Positions 26,116-35,654 of a stretch of 64,000 nt of DNA are shown one piece after another. Positions within the stretch are counted from its first letter, which is position 1. Every line of letters starts with the position of its first letter. Under the pieces are notes generated by a model. It ran no database searches. It was given only the letters and a program-made list of their open reading frames with translations, and had not been told where the DNA came from. This stretch comes from Bdellovibrionales bacterium. Lineage in GTDB: Bacteria > Bdellovibrionota > Bdellovibrionia > Bdellovibrionales > UBA1609. The stretch covers positions 32,001 through 96,000 of the forward strand of contig DAHVQG010000006.1 of the NCBI GenBank assembly GCA_027317865.1, written 5' to 3'. A program made the position numbers and the translations under genes.

Positions 26116-26131
26116 AGCAATTCTTGTGCCG
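26116..26131 (-). promoter_or_regulatory. Sigma54 (-24/-12) promoter for the 25340-26062 gene
   Basis: CGGCACAAGAATTGCT, near-perfect match to YGGCAC-N5-TTGCW. Confidence 0.75.
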
Positions 26132-26356
26132 TTCAATAAATCCTCTCCAAATCGCGCACTTTTCCGTACACCGAAAAAATTTAAGATCCTAACAGTTTAG
26201 AGTGTGAAAATTTTTTTCGTTCGCATGAAATTAACGATTGTTGTCAAAAGCGGGTGAGTTCGAACCGAGCACGTCAAAAGTCGAGTCATGATTTAGGTTT
26301 TGCTCGACCTAAAAAGCGTCTGTTAGACTTTTAGCAGAGCAATTGGAGGTGCGCCT

Positions 26357-27247
26357 GTGCGAGGCGACGTTGCGCGTCCACTCCTTGAAAAGTATTACGT
26401 TTCTGCACTTTGTGCCTTAATCGGCTTAGCGATAGCCGATCTGGCCATTTTGTATTTTCGGCCACTAATGTTGCCGAACCAACCGTTGCCTGTGATGCCG
26501 GCACATTACAGCCCGGCGATTATTAAAAATCTTGCCGACTATGAAGCGATTACAGACCATAATATTTTCAATCAAGATGGCGTTATCCCTCCAGCCTTGG
26601 CCTCGGGCAAAGAAAATACTTTTGAAGTACCGGCCGTACTGTCGCACCTTCCGCTTAAATTGTTAGGTACGATCGTGAACTTTGACCCCAAAAAATCCAT
26701 TTGCACCGTGAACATCACTAGCCAACAAAAAACCAATTCATTTCGCGTCGGCGACACGATTGGCGACATGGCGCGAATCACCAAAATCGAGCGCCGCAAA
26801 GTGACCTTTCTTAATCTAAATAATAATCGTATGGAATATATTGAAATCCCGCAAAACGCGGTTCTTGAGTTCGGAATGCAGACCGCGGTTAAGCCCGGTC
26901 AACTAGTCGAACAAACCAGCAAAAATAATTTTGTTATGCGGCGAACGGACGTAACCCGGCTTACAAAAAATTTGGCGTCACTTTTACAACAAGCGCGGGT
27001 TGAACCCGTATTTTCGCCCGACGGGGTGAGCGTTGAAGGCTTTCGATTTGTTGGCATACAGCCCGGAAGTATTTATTCGAAACTCGGTCTTCACGTGGGT
27101 GACATGATCAAGACCGTCAACGGTCATTCGGTCGATAGTCCAACCAAAGCTATGGAACTTTATAATTTGTTGAAGAATTCGTCGTCGGTACAACTAGGGA
27201 TTGTGCGCAACGGACGCGATGTGAATTTAAACTACACGATTCAGTAA
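26357..27247 (+). CDS. gspC: Type II secretion system protein GspC (HR plus PDZ)
   Basis: N-terminal TM, LPLKLLGT HR domain, C-terminal PDZ (GFRF..IQPGSIYSKLGL..GD.IKTVNG); GTG start with GGAGG SD. Confidence 0.9.
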   Translation: MRGDVARPLLEKYYVSALCALIGLAIADLAILYFRPLMLPNQPLPVMPAHYSPAIIKNLADYEAITDHNIFNQDGVIPPALASGKENTFEVPAVLSHLPLKLLGTIVNFDPKKSICTVNITSQQKTNSFRVGDTIGDMARITKIERRKVTFLNLNNNRMEYIEIPQNAVLEFGMQTAVKPGQLVEQTSKNNFVMRRTDVTRLTKNLASLLQQARVEPVFSPDGVSVEGFRFVGIQPGSIYSKLGLHVGDMIKTVNGHSVDSPTKAMELYNLLKNSSSVQLGIVRNGRDVNLNYTIQ

Positions 27248-27312
27248 GAATCGTGGAGCGGGCCAATAAAGGCAATTGCGAGGCCACTGACAGCAAAGGA
27301 GTGCTGAATATT

Positions 27313-29841
27313 ATGAACCGTCGAAGTGAAACATCTAAGGCTACGATATTTATGGCATTAGCCGTTACGGCTATGTTGGCCCTGACGACGCGTTTGTCTG
27401 CGCAACCGGTGCAACCTGACACATTGTCACCGACCGACACATCATCCCCAACAGACACTTTCGCACCAACTGCGCCAACCGATTCGCAAAGCCCGCTGCA
27501 AACAGTGGACAATAAAACGCCGCCGCCGGGGGGGCCGTACCTCATGTCGGCCAACGGCAAGATCAATTTTGCGAATGCGCAACCTGAAGACATTACGAAC
27601 AAAAACTTTCCGGATATGATTGAGAGTTTCGATTACCCGAACGCGAATATTGCCGACGTCGTCAAAGCGATCAGTAAACTTACAGGTAAAAACTTTATAA
27701 TTGGCCAAGGCGTGACCGGCAAAATCTCGATTATTGCCCCAAGTAAGATCACCGTAGCCGAGGCATACAAAGCATTTTTGACCGCATTAGCGATGAACAA
27801 TTATACCGTCGTGCCTGACGGCGCATTTTTGAAAATTCGCAGTTTGCAAGAAGCATCGAAAGAAAATATCGACACGTATTCGGGCGCATACTTTCCGCAC
27901 AGCGATCAATTGATCACGCGCATTATCAAGCTGAAGTACATCAACGCCGACGACATTCAAAAAACTCTGCAAGGGCTTATTAATCCGAACGGAAATATCG
28001 AGGTGTATGCGCCGACTAACTCCCTCATCATTACGGATCTCGGTTCGAACATTTATCGCATTCAAAACATCATCGACCAGTTGGATGTGCCGGGTTATGA
28101 GCAACGACTCGTTGTTATTCCGATTCGTTATGCCCGCGCCAAAGATATCGCCGATCTCATCAGCAAAATTATTAGCCAACAACAAGGCGGGCAAAATCAA
28201 TTTCGCCCCGGCTTTCCGGCTTTTCGACCGTTTGGGCAGCAGCCGCCGTCTACCGGAGGCGCCGCTAACTACTCTCTTGTTCTTCCGGATCTGCGCACAA
28301 ATTCGATCATCGTCGTCGGTAATGACGCCGGTATAAAACGCATTCGAGGGCTTGTGGCCAAACTCGATTATCCCATGCGCAATGCCGCGGGTTCAGGCGT
28401 ATATGTCTATTATGTTCGCTACGGCGACGCGGAAAGTATCGCCAAAGTTCTTAACGGAATCGCCGCCGAAAGCAAAAAAGAGCAGAAGAAAGCGGCTGCT
28501 CCGACGCCACAGCCGGAATTCGGCATGCCCGAAACGGCCGCCGCGCCTGTTGAGGCGATTCAACCTCTTTTCGGTTCAGACGTGAAAGTTACGTCCGACA
28601 AAGCGACAAATAGCATTGTCGTCATGGCTTCGCGGCAAGACTGGGATGTGATCCACGCGATTTTGCATAAACTTGACATCCCACGCGACCAAGTTTTTGT
28701 GAAATCAATCATCATGGAGATGGACGCAACGAAAGAAAGTAACTGGGGCGTTAATTATTTTAAATTTATGCCCGGAACGAACGGCCTCGGCCGCTGGGAT
28801 TTGGTTACTTCGTCAAATGCTGAGAATCTTCTCAATCCAATAAATGACACCGGGCTCAACCTCGGTTTTGGTTCGAGCGACTTGGTGACGGTCAATACCC
28901 CGCTTATCGGATCGACAATGGGCACGACGGGGACAACGCCTGGAATTAGTAATTTTCAGGTGCCGAGCCTTCTTGGCCTGATTAATTTCATAAAGACGAC
29001 AACAAATGCCAACATTCTTTCGGCCCCGACTCTAACGGCGATTGACAACGAAAAATCAACAATTGAAGTTGGTGAGGACGTGCCAATATCGCAGACCGCC
29101 GTGCAATCGACGAACGGGATTGCAACACCGAACATTCAACGCAAAGATTTAACGTTGAAAATGGAAATCACGCCATACATCAGCCCCGATACCAATATGG
29201 TCCGGCTCAAACTTCACAATGAAATTAAACAACTCGCACCGCAAGTTTCGCTCGGGAGTGCAACGAATCTTGAAGCGAATGCCGTCGTGTACACGACACG
29301 CGACGTGAACACCCAAGTTATCGTCAATAGCGGTGACACGGCCGTGATCGGTGGCCTGATGCAGGACAAAGACACTCGTACCGTCACAAAAGTACCAATT
29401 TTAGGTGATATTCCGATTTTAGGTTGGCTATTTAAATCTGATAATCCAACTAAAGAAAAAATGGATTTATTGATTTTCATCACGCCCAAAATCATCCGCA
29501 CGACACACCAAAGCCATCAAGTGGTGAACTCGCAATTGGCGGAACGGCTCAACTTTATTAAAAAATACGAGGATGGCCGCGACCCGTACGGTTACGAAGT
29601 CAATCGGCTCCCGCGTAGCGCCGACAATTTGAATGTCCCCGATAAGAAGCAATCAGATAACGCATTGGCACCGCTCGAAAATAACAGTAACGGTGGGTCT
29701 GGAAGTAATAGTAATGGTGGTTCTGGCAGTAGCGGCTCCGGTAATAACGGTCACGGCTCTAGCGGTAATAGTTCGAACAACGGCGGTAATAGCACCGGTG
29801 ACGGCAGTAGCTTTAGCGGCAATGGTATTATGTCGCCCTAA
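27313..29841 (+). CDS. gspD: Type II secretion system secretin GspD
   Basis: N0-N3 domains (ISKLTGKNFI, TNSLII, TNSIIV), secretin core (NILSAP, GDTAVIGGL, KVPILGDIPILGWLFK, LLIFITPKII). Start placed at ATG 27313 after AAAGGAG. Confidence 0.95.
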   Translation: MNRRSETSKATIFMALAVTAMLALTTRLSAQPVQPDTLSPTDTSSPTDTFAPTAPTDSQSPLQTVDNKTPPPGGPYLMSANGKINFANAQPEDITNKNFPDMIESFDYPNANIADVVKAISKLTGKNFIIGQGVTGKISIIAPSKITVAEAYKAFLTALAMNNYTVVPDGAFLKIRSLQEASKENIDTYSGAYFPHSDQLITRIIKLKYINADDIQKTLQGLINPNGNIEVYAPTNSLIITDLGSNIYRIQNIIDQLDVPGYEQRLVVIPIRYARAKDIADLISKIISQQQGGQNQFRPGFPAFRPFGQQPPSTGGAANYSLVLPDLRTNSIIVVGNDAGIKRIRGLVAKLDYPMRNAAGSGVYVYYVRYGDAESIAKVLNGIAAESKKEQKKAAAPTPQPEFGMPETAAAPVEAIQPLFGSDVKVTSDKATNSIVVMASRQDWDVIHAILHKLDIPRDQVFVKSIIMEMDATKESNWGVNYFKFMPGTNGLGRWDLVTSSNAENLLNPINDTGLNLGFGSSDLVTVNTPLIGSTMGTTGTTPGISNFQVPSLLGLINFIKTTTNANILSAPTLTAIDNEKSTIEVGEDVPISQTAVQSTNGIATPNIQRKDLTLKMEITPYISPDTNMVRLKLHNEIKQLAPQVSLGSATNLEANAVVYTTRDVNTQVIVNSGDTAVIGGLMQDKDTRTVTKVPILGDIPILGWLFKSDNPTKEKMDLLIFITPKIIRTTHQSHQVVNSQLAERLNFIKKYEDGRDPYGYEVNRLPRSADNLNVPDKKQSDNALAPLENNSNGGSGSNSNGGSGSSGSGNNGHGSSGNSSNNGGNSTGDGSSFSGNGIMSP
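29683..29730 (+). repeat. Imperfect 24-bp tandem repeat (NSNGGSGS x2) inside the S/G/N low-complexity tail of gspD
   Basis: aacagtaacggtgggtctggaagt / aatagtaatggtggttctggcagt. Confidence 0.7.
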
Positions 29842-30890
29842 TGAGCGAAGGGAGTGAGCAGCCACACCAGACGAAGTTGATCGTCGTGTACTTGGTGTGT
29901 CTGCTGAAGCGGTGCCGTGCCTTCAAGAAGTAATTTAGAAGTGTCGTCGTCCGATTTTAAAGCAACAACGACACTCAAATCCGTTTCTGCATCGCCGCCG
30001 ATGGCCATGTTAGGATCAAAAAAATCGTACCGCGTACCCACCGTCCAGTTTCGTGATAAATCGCGGCTCACCTGCAAAAGCTGATAATCGTATCGACCCG
30101 TTTCATCGTTTTGCACCATTTCACCGCCGCCAATCTCACCGACCACATTCCAATCTAACGGAGTGTACTCGGCGAACAAAGCGCCGTTTCGCCAACGCGA
30201 AGTTATGCCCGGTTGAAATCCCGCAATCGTATTGGTGGAATTTGTCGTAAGATCTGCCGAAACAACCCCCGTTTGCAGCGAAAGTTGCACTTTAAGATTA
30301 CGCGAATTTGACCATCCCCAATTGCCGGTCAACCACGGATTGCCGTCATTCGCTTGATCGATCGAGCCGTTATGGATGACTAATTCGGTAAAATACCCGT
30401 CGTGTTCTGTATAAAAACTAACACCTTCATCGCTCAGAGCGATGAGCCGGCGGCTGAACGACTGCGAATATTGAAAATACCGATGAACCTCGTTGAGAGT
30501 TCCGTCGTATCCAAAATCAATTGGTATCAGCCCCGCCCGCACACGACCATAAACTCCGTTGTATTCGGCATAGGCGTCGACCAAACCCAATTGTGAAGGA
30601 TTCGTGTTGGAATAATAAATCGGCATATTCCGGTAAGCCTGATCGCCGATCGTAAAATGCGCCGACCAGTGGCGGTCTTTGCGCCACAATACTCCAAATG
30701 CGGAGTTGCCAAGGTCAAAAGAACCGCCCTTTTCTTCTTGTGAAAAATACGTGGCACGCATGCGGACATCGTTGATTGATAGCGTGCCTATCTTTTCTTC
30801 TGCGTGAGCTGCAGAAACACAAAAAACTTGCGTGCATAATGCGACTGCCGCAATCAACCGTGTCGCAACCAAAATTGATTTCATCTTCAC
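29838..30890 (-). CDS. Putative outer-membrane beta-barrel (porin-like) protein
   Basis: Signal peptide (AAHA), LVDAYAEY...RVRAGLIPIDFG and RYDFFDPN patterns seen in OprO/P-like porins; alternating beta strands. Confidence 0.6.
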   Translation of the reverse strand: MKMKSILVATRLIAAVALCTQVFCVSAAHAEEKIGTLSINDVRMRATYFSQEEKGGSFDLGNSAFGVLWRKDRHWSAHFTIGDQAYRNMPIYYSNTNPSQLGLVDAYAEYNGVYGRVRAGLIPIDFGYDGTLNEVHRYFQYSQSFSRRLIALSDEGVSFYTEHDGYFTELVIHNGSIDQANDGNPWLTGNWGWSNSRNLKVQLSLQTGVVSADLTTNSTNTIAGFQPGITSRWRNGALFAEYTPLDWNVVGEIGGGEMVQNDETGRYDYQLLQVSRDLSRNWTVGTRYDFFDPNMAIGGDAETDLSVVVALKSDDDTSKLLLEGTAPLQQTHQVHDDQLRLVWLLTPFAH

Positions 30891-30907
30891 TGCCCCCGAA
30901 TTGATCT

Positions 30908-31687
30908 TCAGCGCCCGGTAAACTGCGGCGCGCGCTTTTCTAAAAACGCGGCTATCCCTTCGCGTTTGTCGTCTGACCGAAACACTTGCCCGAACAATTC
31001 CGCCTCAAGTTTTAACCCCTCCGTCTGCGGCAATTCAACCCCTCGTCGAATGGCTTCTTTGGTAAACCGAATTGCACGCGGGCTGCGCTCGGCAATTTTC
31101 TGCGCAATTTTCTTTGCCTGTTCCATTAAATCGACGGGTTCAAATGTCAACGCTACAACTCCCCATTTTTCCATTTGCTCCGCCGTATAAACGTCGCCCG
31201 TGAGCGTAATGAGCCGCGCACGCGATCGGCCGACAATGCGGCTGAGCCGTTGCGTACCGCCGTAGCCGCAAATGAGGCCGAGTGACACCTCGGGAGTGCC
31301 CATTTTCGCTTTTTTCGATGCTACAATGAAATCGCAAGCAAGGGCCAATTCGAGGCCGCCGCCTAAAGCAAAACCATTTACGACAGCAATTGTCGCAAAC
31401 GGTAAATCTTCGAGACTCTGAAAAACGCGCTGCCCTTCTTCAGACATCGTCCGCCCCGTTTCGGGTCCGCGCTCAGACATTTCTTTTATATCGGCGCCAA
31501 CAGCAAAAGCTTTACCGGATCCGGTTACGAGCAAACAACGAATCGATGAATCGTCGCGAATCGAAGCCAGGCATTCACCCAACTCCCGAATCATTAGAGC
31601 GTTTAAAGAATTGAGGGCGTCCGGCCGATTGAGCGCAAGTGTTGCGATCGCGCCCTCGCGAGTGAGTTCCACCGTTTGAAAGGACAT
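30908..31687 (-). CDS. crt: Enoyl-CoA hydratase / crotonase
   Basis: LNRPDALNSL, AFAVGADIKE, NGFALGGGLELALACD, PEVSLG..GYGGTQRL. Start moved to ATG 31687 with a GGAGG SD. Confidence 0.9.
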   Translation of the reverse strand: MSFQTVELTREGAIATLALNRPDALNSLNALMIRELGECLASIRDDSSIRCLLVTGSGKAFAVGADIKEMSERGPETGRTMSEEGQRVFQSLEDLPFATIAVVNGFALGGGLELALACDFIVASKKAKMGTPEVSLGLICGYGGTQRLSRIVGRSRARLITLTGDVYTAEQMEKWGVVALTFEPVDLMEQAKKIAQKIAERSPRAIRFTKEAIRRGVELPQTEGLKLEAELFGQVFRSDDKREGIAAFLEKRAPQFTGR

Positions 31688-31703
31688 GATTTGCCTCCGC
31701 GCC

Positions 31704-32570
31704 TTAAGCTTTCTTCGAATAATCGTAAAATCCGCGGCCATTTTTACGCCCGTACCATCCCGCTTCAACATATTTTATCAAAAGCGGGCACGGACGATAC
31801 TTCGGATCGCCCAAACCGTCATATAACACATTCATAATCGCGAGGAGCGTATCTAAACCCACAAAATCAGCAAGTGTTAACGGACCCATCGGTTGATTCG
31901 TGCCAAGCTTCATACCGGTATCGACATCTTCAACAGTCGCGATACCTTCGTAAACCGCGTAAATCGCTTCGTTGATCATTGGGCACAAAACACGATTAAT
32001 GGCAAAACCGGGAACGTCTTTAGCCACAATAAATGTTTTACCCATCACTTCAGCGAGTTGTTTAACTTGGTTAAAAGTTTCGTCGGAGGTTTGAAGACCA
32101 CGAATCAGTTCCACCAATTTCATCAACGGCACGGGATTCATAAAATGCATGCCCGCCACTTGCGTCGGTCGCGAGGTGACGCTGGCCAGTTTGGTCAACG
32201 AAATTGACGACGTGTTTGAGCAAAACAGCGTTTTTGGCGAGCAGACCTGATCAAGGTCTTTAAAAATTTTAAGTTTCAAATCCAAATTTTCAGGCGCCGC
32301 TTCAATAACGACGTCGGCGTCGCTAAGTGCTTTGAGATCGCGCGTATGCCCGATACGCGATAAAATTTTTGGTTTTTCATCCGCCGAAAGTTCGCCTTTT
32401 TTGATAAGGCGATCGAGACTTGACTCAATCGTTTTCACGCCTTTTTTAAGGGACTCATCCGACACATCGGTCATTGTGACTTGCAGCCCCTTTGTCGCCG
32501 CCACCTGAGCTATTCCATTGCCCATTTGACCAGCCCCAACCACTCCAATACTTTTCATTGTCGCCGTCAT
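31704..32570 (-). CDS. hbd: 3-hydroxybutyryl-CoA dehydrogenase
   Basis: [57 protein letters not shown]. Confidence 0.93.
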   Translation of the reverse strand: MTATMKSIGVVGAGQMGNGIAQVAATKGLQVTMTDVSDESLKKGVKTIESSLDRLIKKGELSADEKPKILSRIGHTRDLKALSDADVVIEAAPENLDLKLKIFKDLDQVCSPKTLFCSNTSSISLTKLASVTSRPTQVAGMHFMNPVPLMKLVELIRGLQTSDETFNQVKQLAEVMGKTFIVAKDVPGFAINRVLCPMINEAIYAVYEGIATVEDVDTGMKLGTNQPMGPLTLADFVGLDTLLAIMNVLYDGLGDPKYRPCPLLIKYVEAGWYGRKNGRGFYDYSKKA

Positions 32571-32638
32571 TTTGAAAGCTCCTTTTTATGCAATTCATCA
32601 CGCTAACAGGCGGCTAAAGCGGCGTCCAGATGCAAAGC

Positions 32639-32666
32639 GTGACGGACCGGGTTTTTTAGGTATAAT
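32639..32666 (+). promoter_or_regulatory. Sigma70-type promoter directly ahead of gspE, predicting a leaderless mRNA
   Basis: GTGACG (32639-32644), 16 bp, TATAAT (32661-32666), 7 nt, ATG 32674; no SD between the -10 and the ATG. Confidence 0.55.
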
Positions 32667-32673
32667 AAATTCT

Positions 32674-34371
32674 ATGTCAGGATCGCCCCTCGACGCGTTG
32701 ATCGTAAAAGGAACTTCGATCAGCACGGATGAATTAAATACTCTCCTTAAGATGCCCGATCATCGCGGCGAAGCCATTGAACACGTGTTTAAAAATCGCC
32801 TTTATACGTCGGCCGAAGATGCCTTGGCGGATCTCAGTAAAGCCATTGGCTCCGAATTTCTGAAGGATATACCGTTCAACGATATACCGGTTGATTTGGT
32901 TCGCGATATCCCGATCAATTATGCAAAAAATCACGAAGTACTTCCGTTTAAGCTCGAAAACGACAAAGTGGTGGTCCTGACTACGAATCCGCTTAACAAT
33001 CGCGCGCTCACCGATATGCGGGTATTGTTCAACAAGAAGGTCCAGCCGATTTTGACCACTAGCATGAAATTACAAGATGCGATCAATCGGGTTTATGAAA
33101 AAAGCACGGCGGCGCTCGAAGGTCTCGACGAAATTGAAGGTGAAGAATATGACCTTGACGACCCGGTTATCGATCTTCTCGAAGCCGGTGATGACGAAGC
33201 GCCGGTCATTAAACTTGTCAATACCCTGCTCTTTCGCGCGGTCAAAGAAAAAGCTTCGGATATTCACATCGAACCGTATGAAAAAGACATGGTCGTGCGG
33301 TTTCGCATCGACGGTATTTTGTTCGATATTTTTCGGCCGCCCAAAAAACTGCAAAACGCCATTACTTCGCGTATCAAAGTCATGGGCAATTTGAATATTG
33401 CCGAAAAACGCCTCCCGCAAGACGGCCGCATCCCGCTCAAATTGGCCGGCAAAGATATTGATGTGCGTCTATCAACGGTGCCGACTGCTTTCGGGGAGCG
33501 AATTGTTCTGCGTTTACAAGACCGTTCTAACGTTGTTCTCGAACTTGAGCAGCTCGGTTTTAATCAAAAAAGTTTGCTCAAAATCAACGGCCTTTTACAA
33601 AACACGTACGGGATCATTCTTGTCACCGGCCCAACCGGTTCCGGTAAATCAACAACTTTGTACGCGGCGCTATCGAAGATCAACAGCGTCGACAAAAATA
33701 TCATAACGGTCGAAGACCCGGTCGAACAAAGGATTCACGGCGTCGGCCAAATTCAGGTCAATTCAAAAATTGGCCTTACCTTTGCCAACGGATTGCGTTC
33801 GATTTTACGTCAAGACCCAGACATTATCATGATCGGTGAAATTCGCGACCTTGAAACAGCGGAAATCGCCATCAATGCGTCATTAACCGGTCACTTGGTG
33901 CTCTCGACCATTCACACGAACGATTCGGCTGGGGTGTTCCCGCGTTTGATGGACATGGGTTGCGAGCCGTTTCTTATTGCAACTTCACTTTTAGGAGTTT
34001 TAGCCCAGCGGCTCGTGCGCATTTTGTGCTCGCATTGCAAAGAGCTTTACACTCCCACAGATGAAGAATTGGCGAGTCTTGAAATGCCGCGGGACCGCTT
34101 AAAAAACGGCCAGTGCTACCGGGCCGTCGGCTGCAACGAATGCAACCAAAAAGGTTACATCGGCCGAACCGTTATTCAAGAACTGCTCATGGTAAACGAG
34201 GATATTCGAAGCCTAATTATGCAACGGCAAGACGCGGGCACCATTAAAAAAGCCGCGCTGAAATTTGGCATGGAGACAATGCGTGATCACGGCATTCAAA
34301 AAGTCGTGGCGGGCGTCACCACCATCGAAGAAGTGCTATCGAATACTCAACTCGACGACCAAGTGATGTGA
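32674..34371 (+). CDS. gspE: Type II secretion ATPase GspE
   Basis: ASDIHIEP, RLPQDGR, Walker A GPTGSGKS, LRQDPDIIMIGEIRD, CSHC...CNEC zinc motif. Start moved to ATG 32674. Confidence 0.95.
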   Translation: MSGSPLDALIVKGTSISTDELNTLLKMPDHRGEAIEHVFKNRLYTSAEDALADLSKAIGSEFLKDIPFNDIPVDLVRDIPINYAKNHEVLPFKLENDKVVVLTTNPLNNRALTDMRVLFNKKVQPILTTSMKLQDAINRVYEKSTAALEGLDEIEGEEYDLDDPVIDLLEAGDDEAPVIKLVNTLLFRAVKEKASDIHIEPYEKDMVVRFRIDGILFDIFRPPKKLQNAITSRIKVMGNLNIAEKRLPQDGRIPLKLAGKDIDVRLSTVPTAFGERIVLRLQDRSNVVLELEQLGFNQKSLLKINGLLQNTYGIILVTGPTGSGKSTTLYAALSKINSVDKNIITVEDPVEQRIHGVGQIQVNSKIGLTFANGLRSILRQDPDIIMIGEIRDLETAEIAINASLTGHLVLSTIHTNDSAGVFPRLMDMGCEPFLIATSLLGVLAQRLVRILCSHCKELYTPTDEELASLEMPRDRLKNGQCYRAVGCNECNQKGYIGRTVIQELLMVNEDIRSLIMQRQDAGTIKKAALKFGMETMRDHGIQKVVAGVTTIEEVLSNTQLDDQVM

Positions 34372-34381
34372 GGCGAGCGTC

Positions 34382-35605
34382 ATGCCGATTTTTGAATATC
34401 GCGGTTTGAACAAACAAGGCCGAAACATCAAGGGCACGATCGACTCGGACAGTGCACGAACGGCGCGCGCCAAATTAAAAAAAGACGGTGTTTACGTCGT
34501 TAATTTGGCGGACAAGACCAAAACTGCAAAAAAAGTTAAGGGAACGGGTCAACGCTCCACGCGCGGGGTCAGCGTTCAAGATCTTTCGATGATGACCCGC
34601 CAGCTCGCAACTCTGCTTAAAGCCAACGTACCACTCGTTGAAAGTTTGTCGGCTGTTGCCGAGCAAGTGCAAAACGTTACTCTGTCTGAAGCCATATCGG
34701 ACATAAAAAATATGGTGAATGAGGGGGCAACACTTCATAAGTCGATTGCGAAATACCCGAAGATTTTCAACAAAATTTATATTTCGATGTGCGAAGCGGG
34801 TGAAACCTCCGGCACCCTTGACGTTATATTGGTAAGATTGGCCGAGTTTACAGAAGCGCAATCGGCTCTCACCTCGAAAATTCGCGGCGCCATGGTGTAC
34901 CCCGTATTGATGATGTTTGTGTCGTCAGGACTTTTGGCCATTTTGTTTACGTTCGTCATTCCTAAAGTTATGTCGATTTTTCAATCTGAGCCGTCTCTTG
35001 TTTTGCCGTGGTACAGCGTCATGGTTTTTGCCATCAGCAATTTTATGCTCCAGTACTGGTATGTCGTCGTGATTGCCATCGGCCTCTTCATCTTTATATT
35101 TCTCGCCTGGAAGCGTTCACCAGGAGGTTCGATACAATGGGATGCGATTTCTCTTAAATTCCCAATTTTCGGCAAGATCAAACGCACGGTTGCCGTGTCT
35201 CGCTTTACGCGTACTCTCGGCACTCTCCTCGCTGGAGGGGTGCCAATGCTCGGCGCAATGGGTATTGTTCGAAACGTTGTCAACAATGAAGTTATCGCGC
35301 GAGCCGTAGACGAAGCGCGCGACAATATCAGCGAGGGTGAGTCAATCGCCGGGCCGCTCAAAAAATCAGGACAATTTCCGCCGCTTGTGATTCACATGAT
35401 CAATATCGGCGAAAAGACCGGGGAGCTTGAAACCATGTTGACGCAAGTGAGTGATTCGTACGACTTTCAAGTTAAAGTTGAAGTAGAAGCGCTGGCTTCG
35501 CTCATGGAACCGCTCATGATCGTCATCATGGGCGGTTTAATAGCGTTGATCGTTTTCTCAATTATGATGCCCATGTTTCAACTCTTGAATTTGGGCGGTA
35601 GCTAG
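34382..35605 (+). CDS. gspF: Type II secretion inner-membrane platform protein GspF
   Basis: TRQLATLLKANVPL, AGETSGTL, RFTRTLGTLLAGGVP, GEKTGEL; three TM segments. Confidence 0.95.
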   Translation: MPIFEYRGLNKQGRNIKGTIDSDSARTARAKLKKDGVYVVNLADKTKTAKKVKGTGQRSTRGVSVQDLSMMTRQLATLLKANVPLVESLSAVAEQVQNVTLSEAISDIKNMVNEGATLHKSIAKYPKIFNKIYISMCEAGETSGTLDVILVRLAEFTEAQSALTSKIRGAMVYPVLMMFVSSGLLAILFTFVIPKVMSIFQSEPSLVLPWYSVMVFAISNFMLQYWYVVVIAIGLFIFIFLAWKRSPGGSIQWDAISLKFPIFGKIKRTVAVSRFTRTLGTLLAGGVPMLGAMGIVRNVVNNEVIARAVDEARDNISEGESIAGPLKKSGQFPPLVIHMINIGEKTGELETMLTQVSDSYDFQVKVEVEALASLMEPLMIVIMGGLIALIVFSIMMPMFQLLNLGGS

Positions 35606-35654
35606 ATTAAATTGAAGAAATCAACTGACGAGTCATCAGACAAAGGGATAACCA

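Noticed and set aside
29680-29830. Repetitive DNA at the end of gspD as a possible CRISPR or VNTR array
   Set aside because: Repeats are degenerate at third codon positions, have no spacers and encode a low-complexity peptide.
32589-32606. TTGCA element upstream of hbd resembling a sigma54 -12 box
   Set aside because: The -24 position reads GC rather than the invariant GG.
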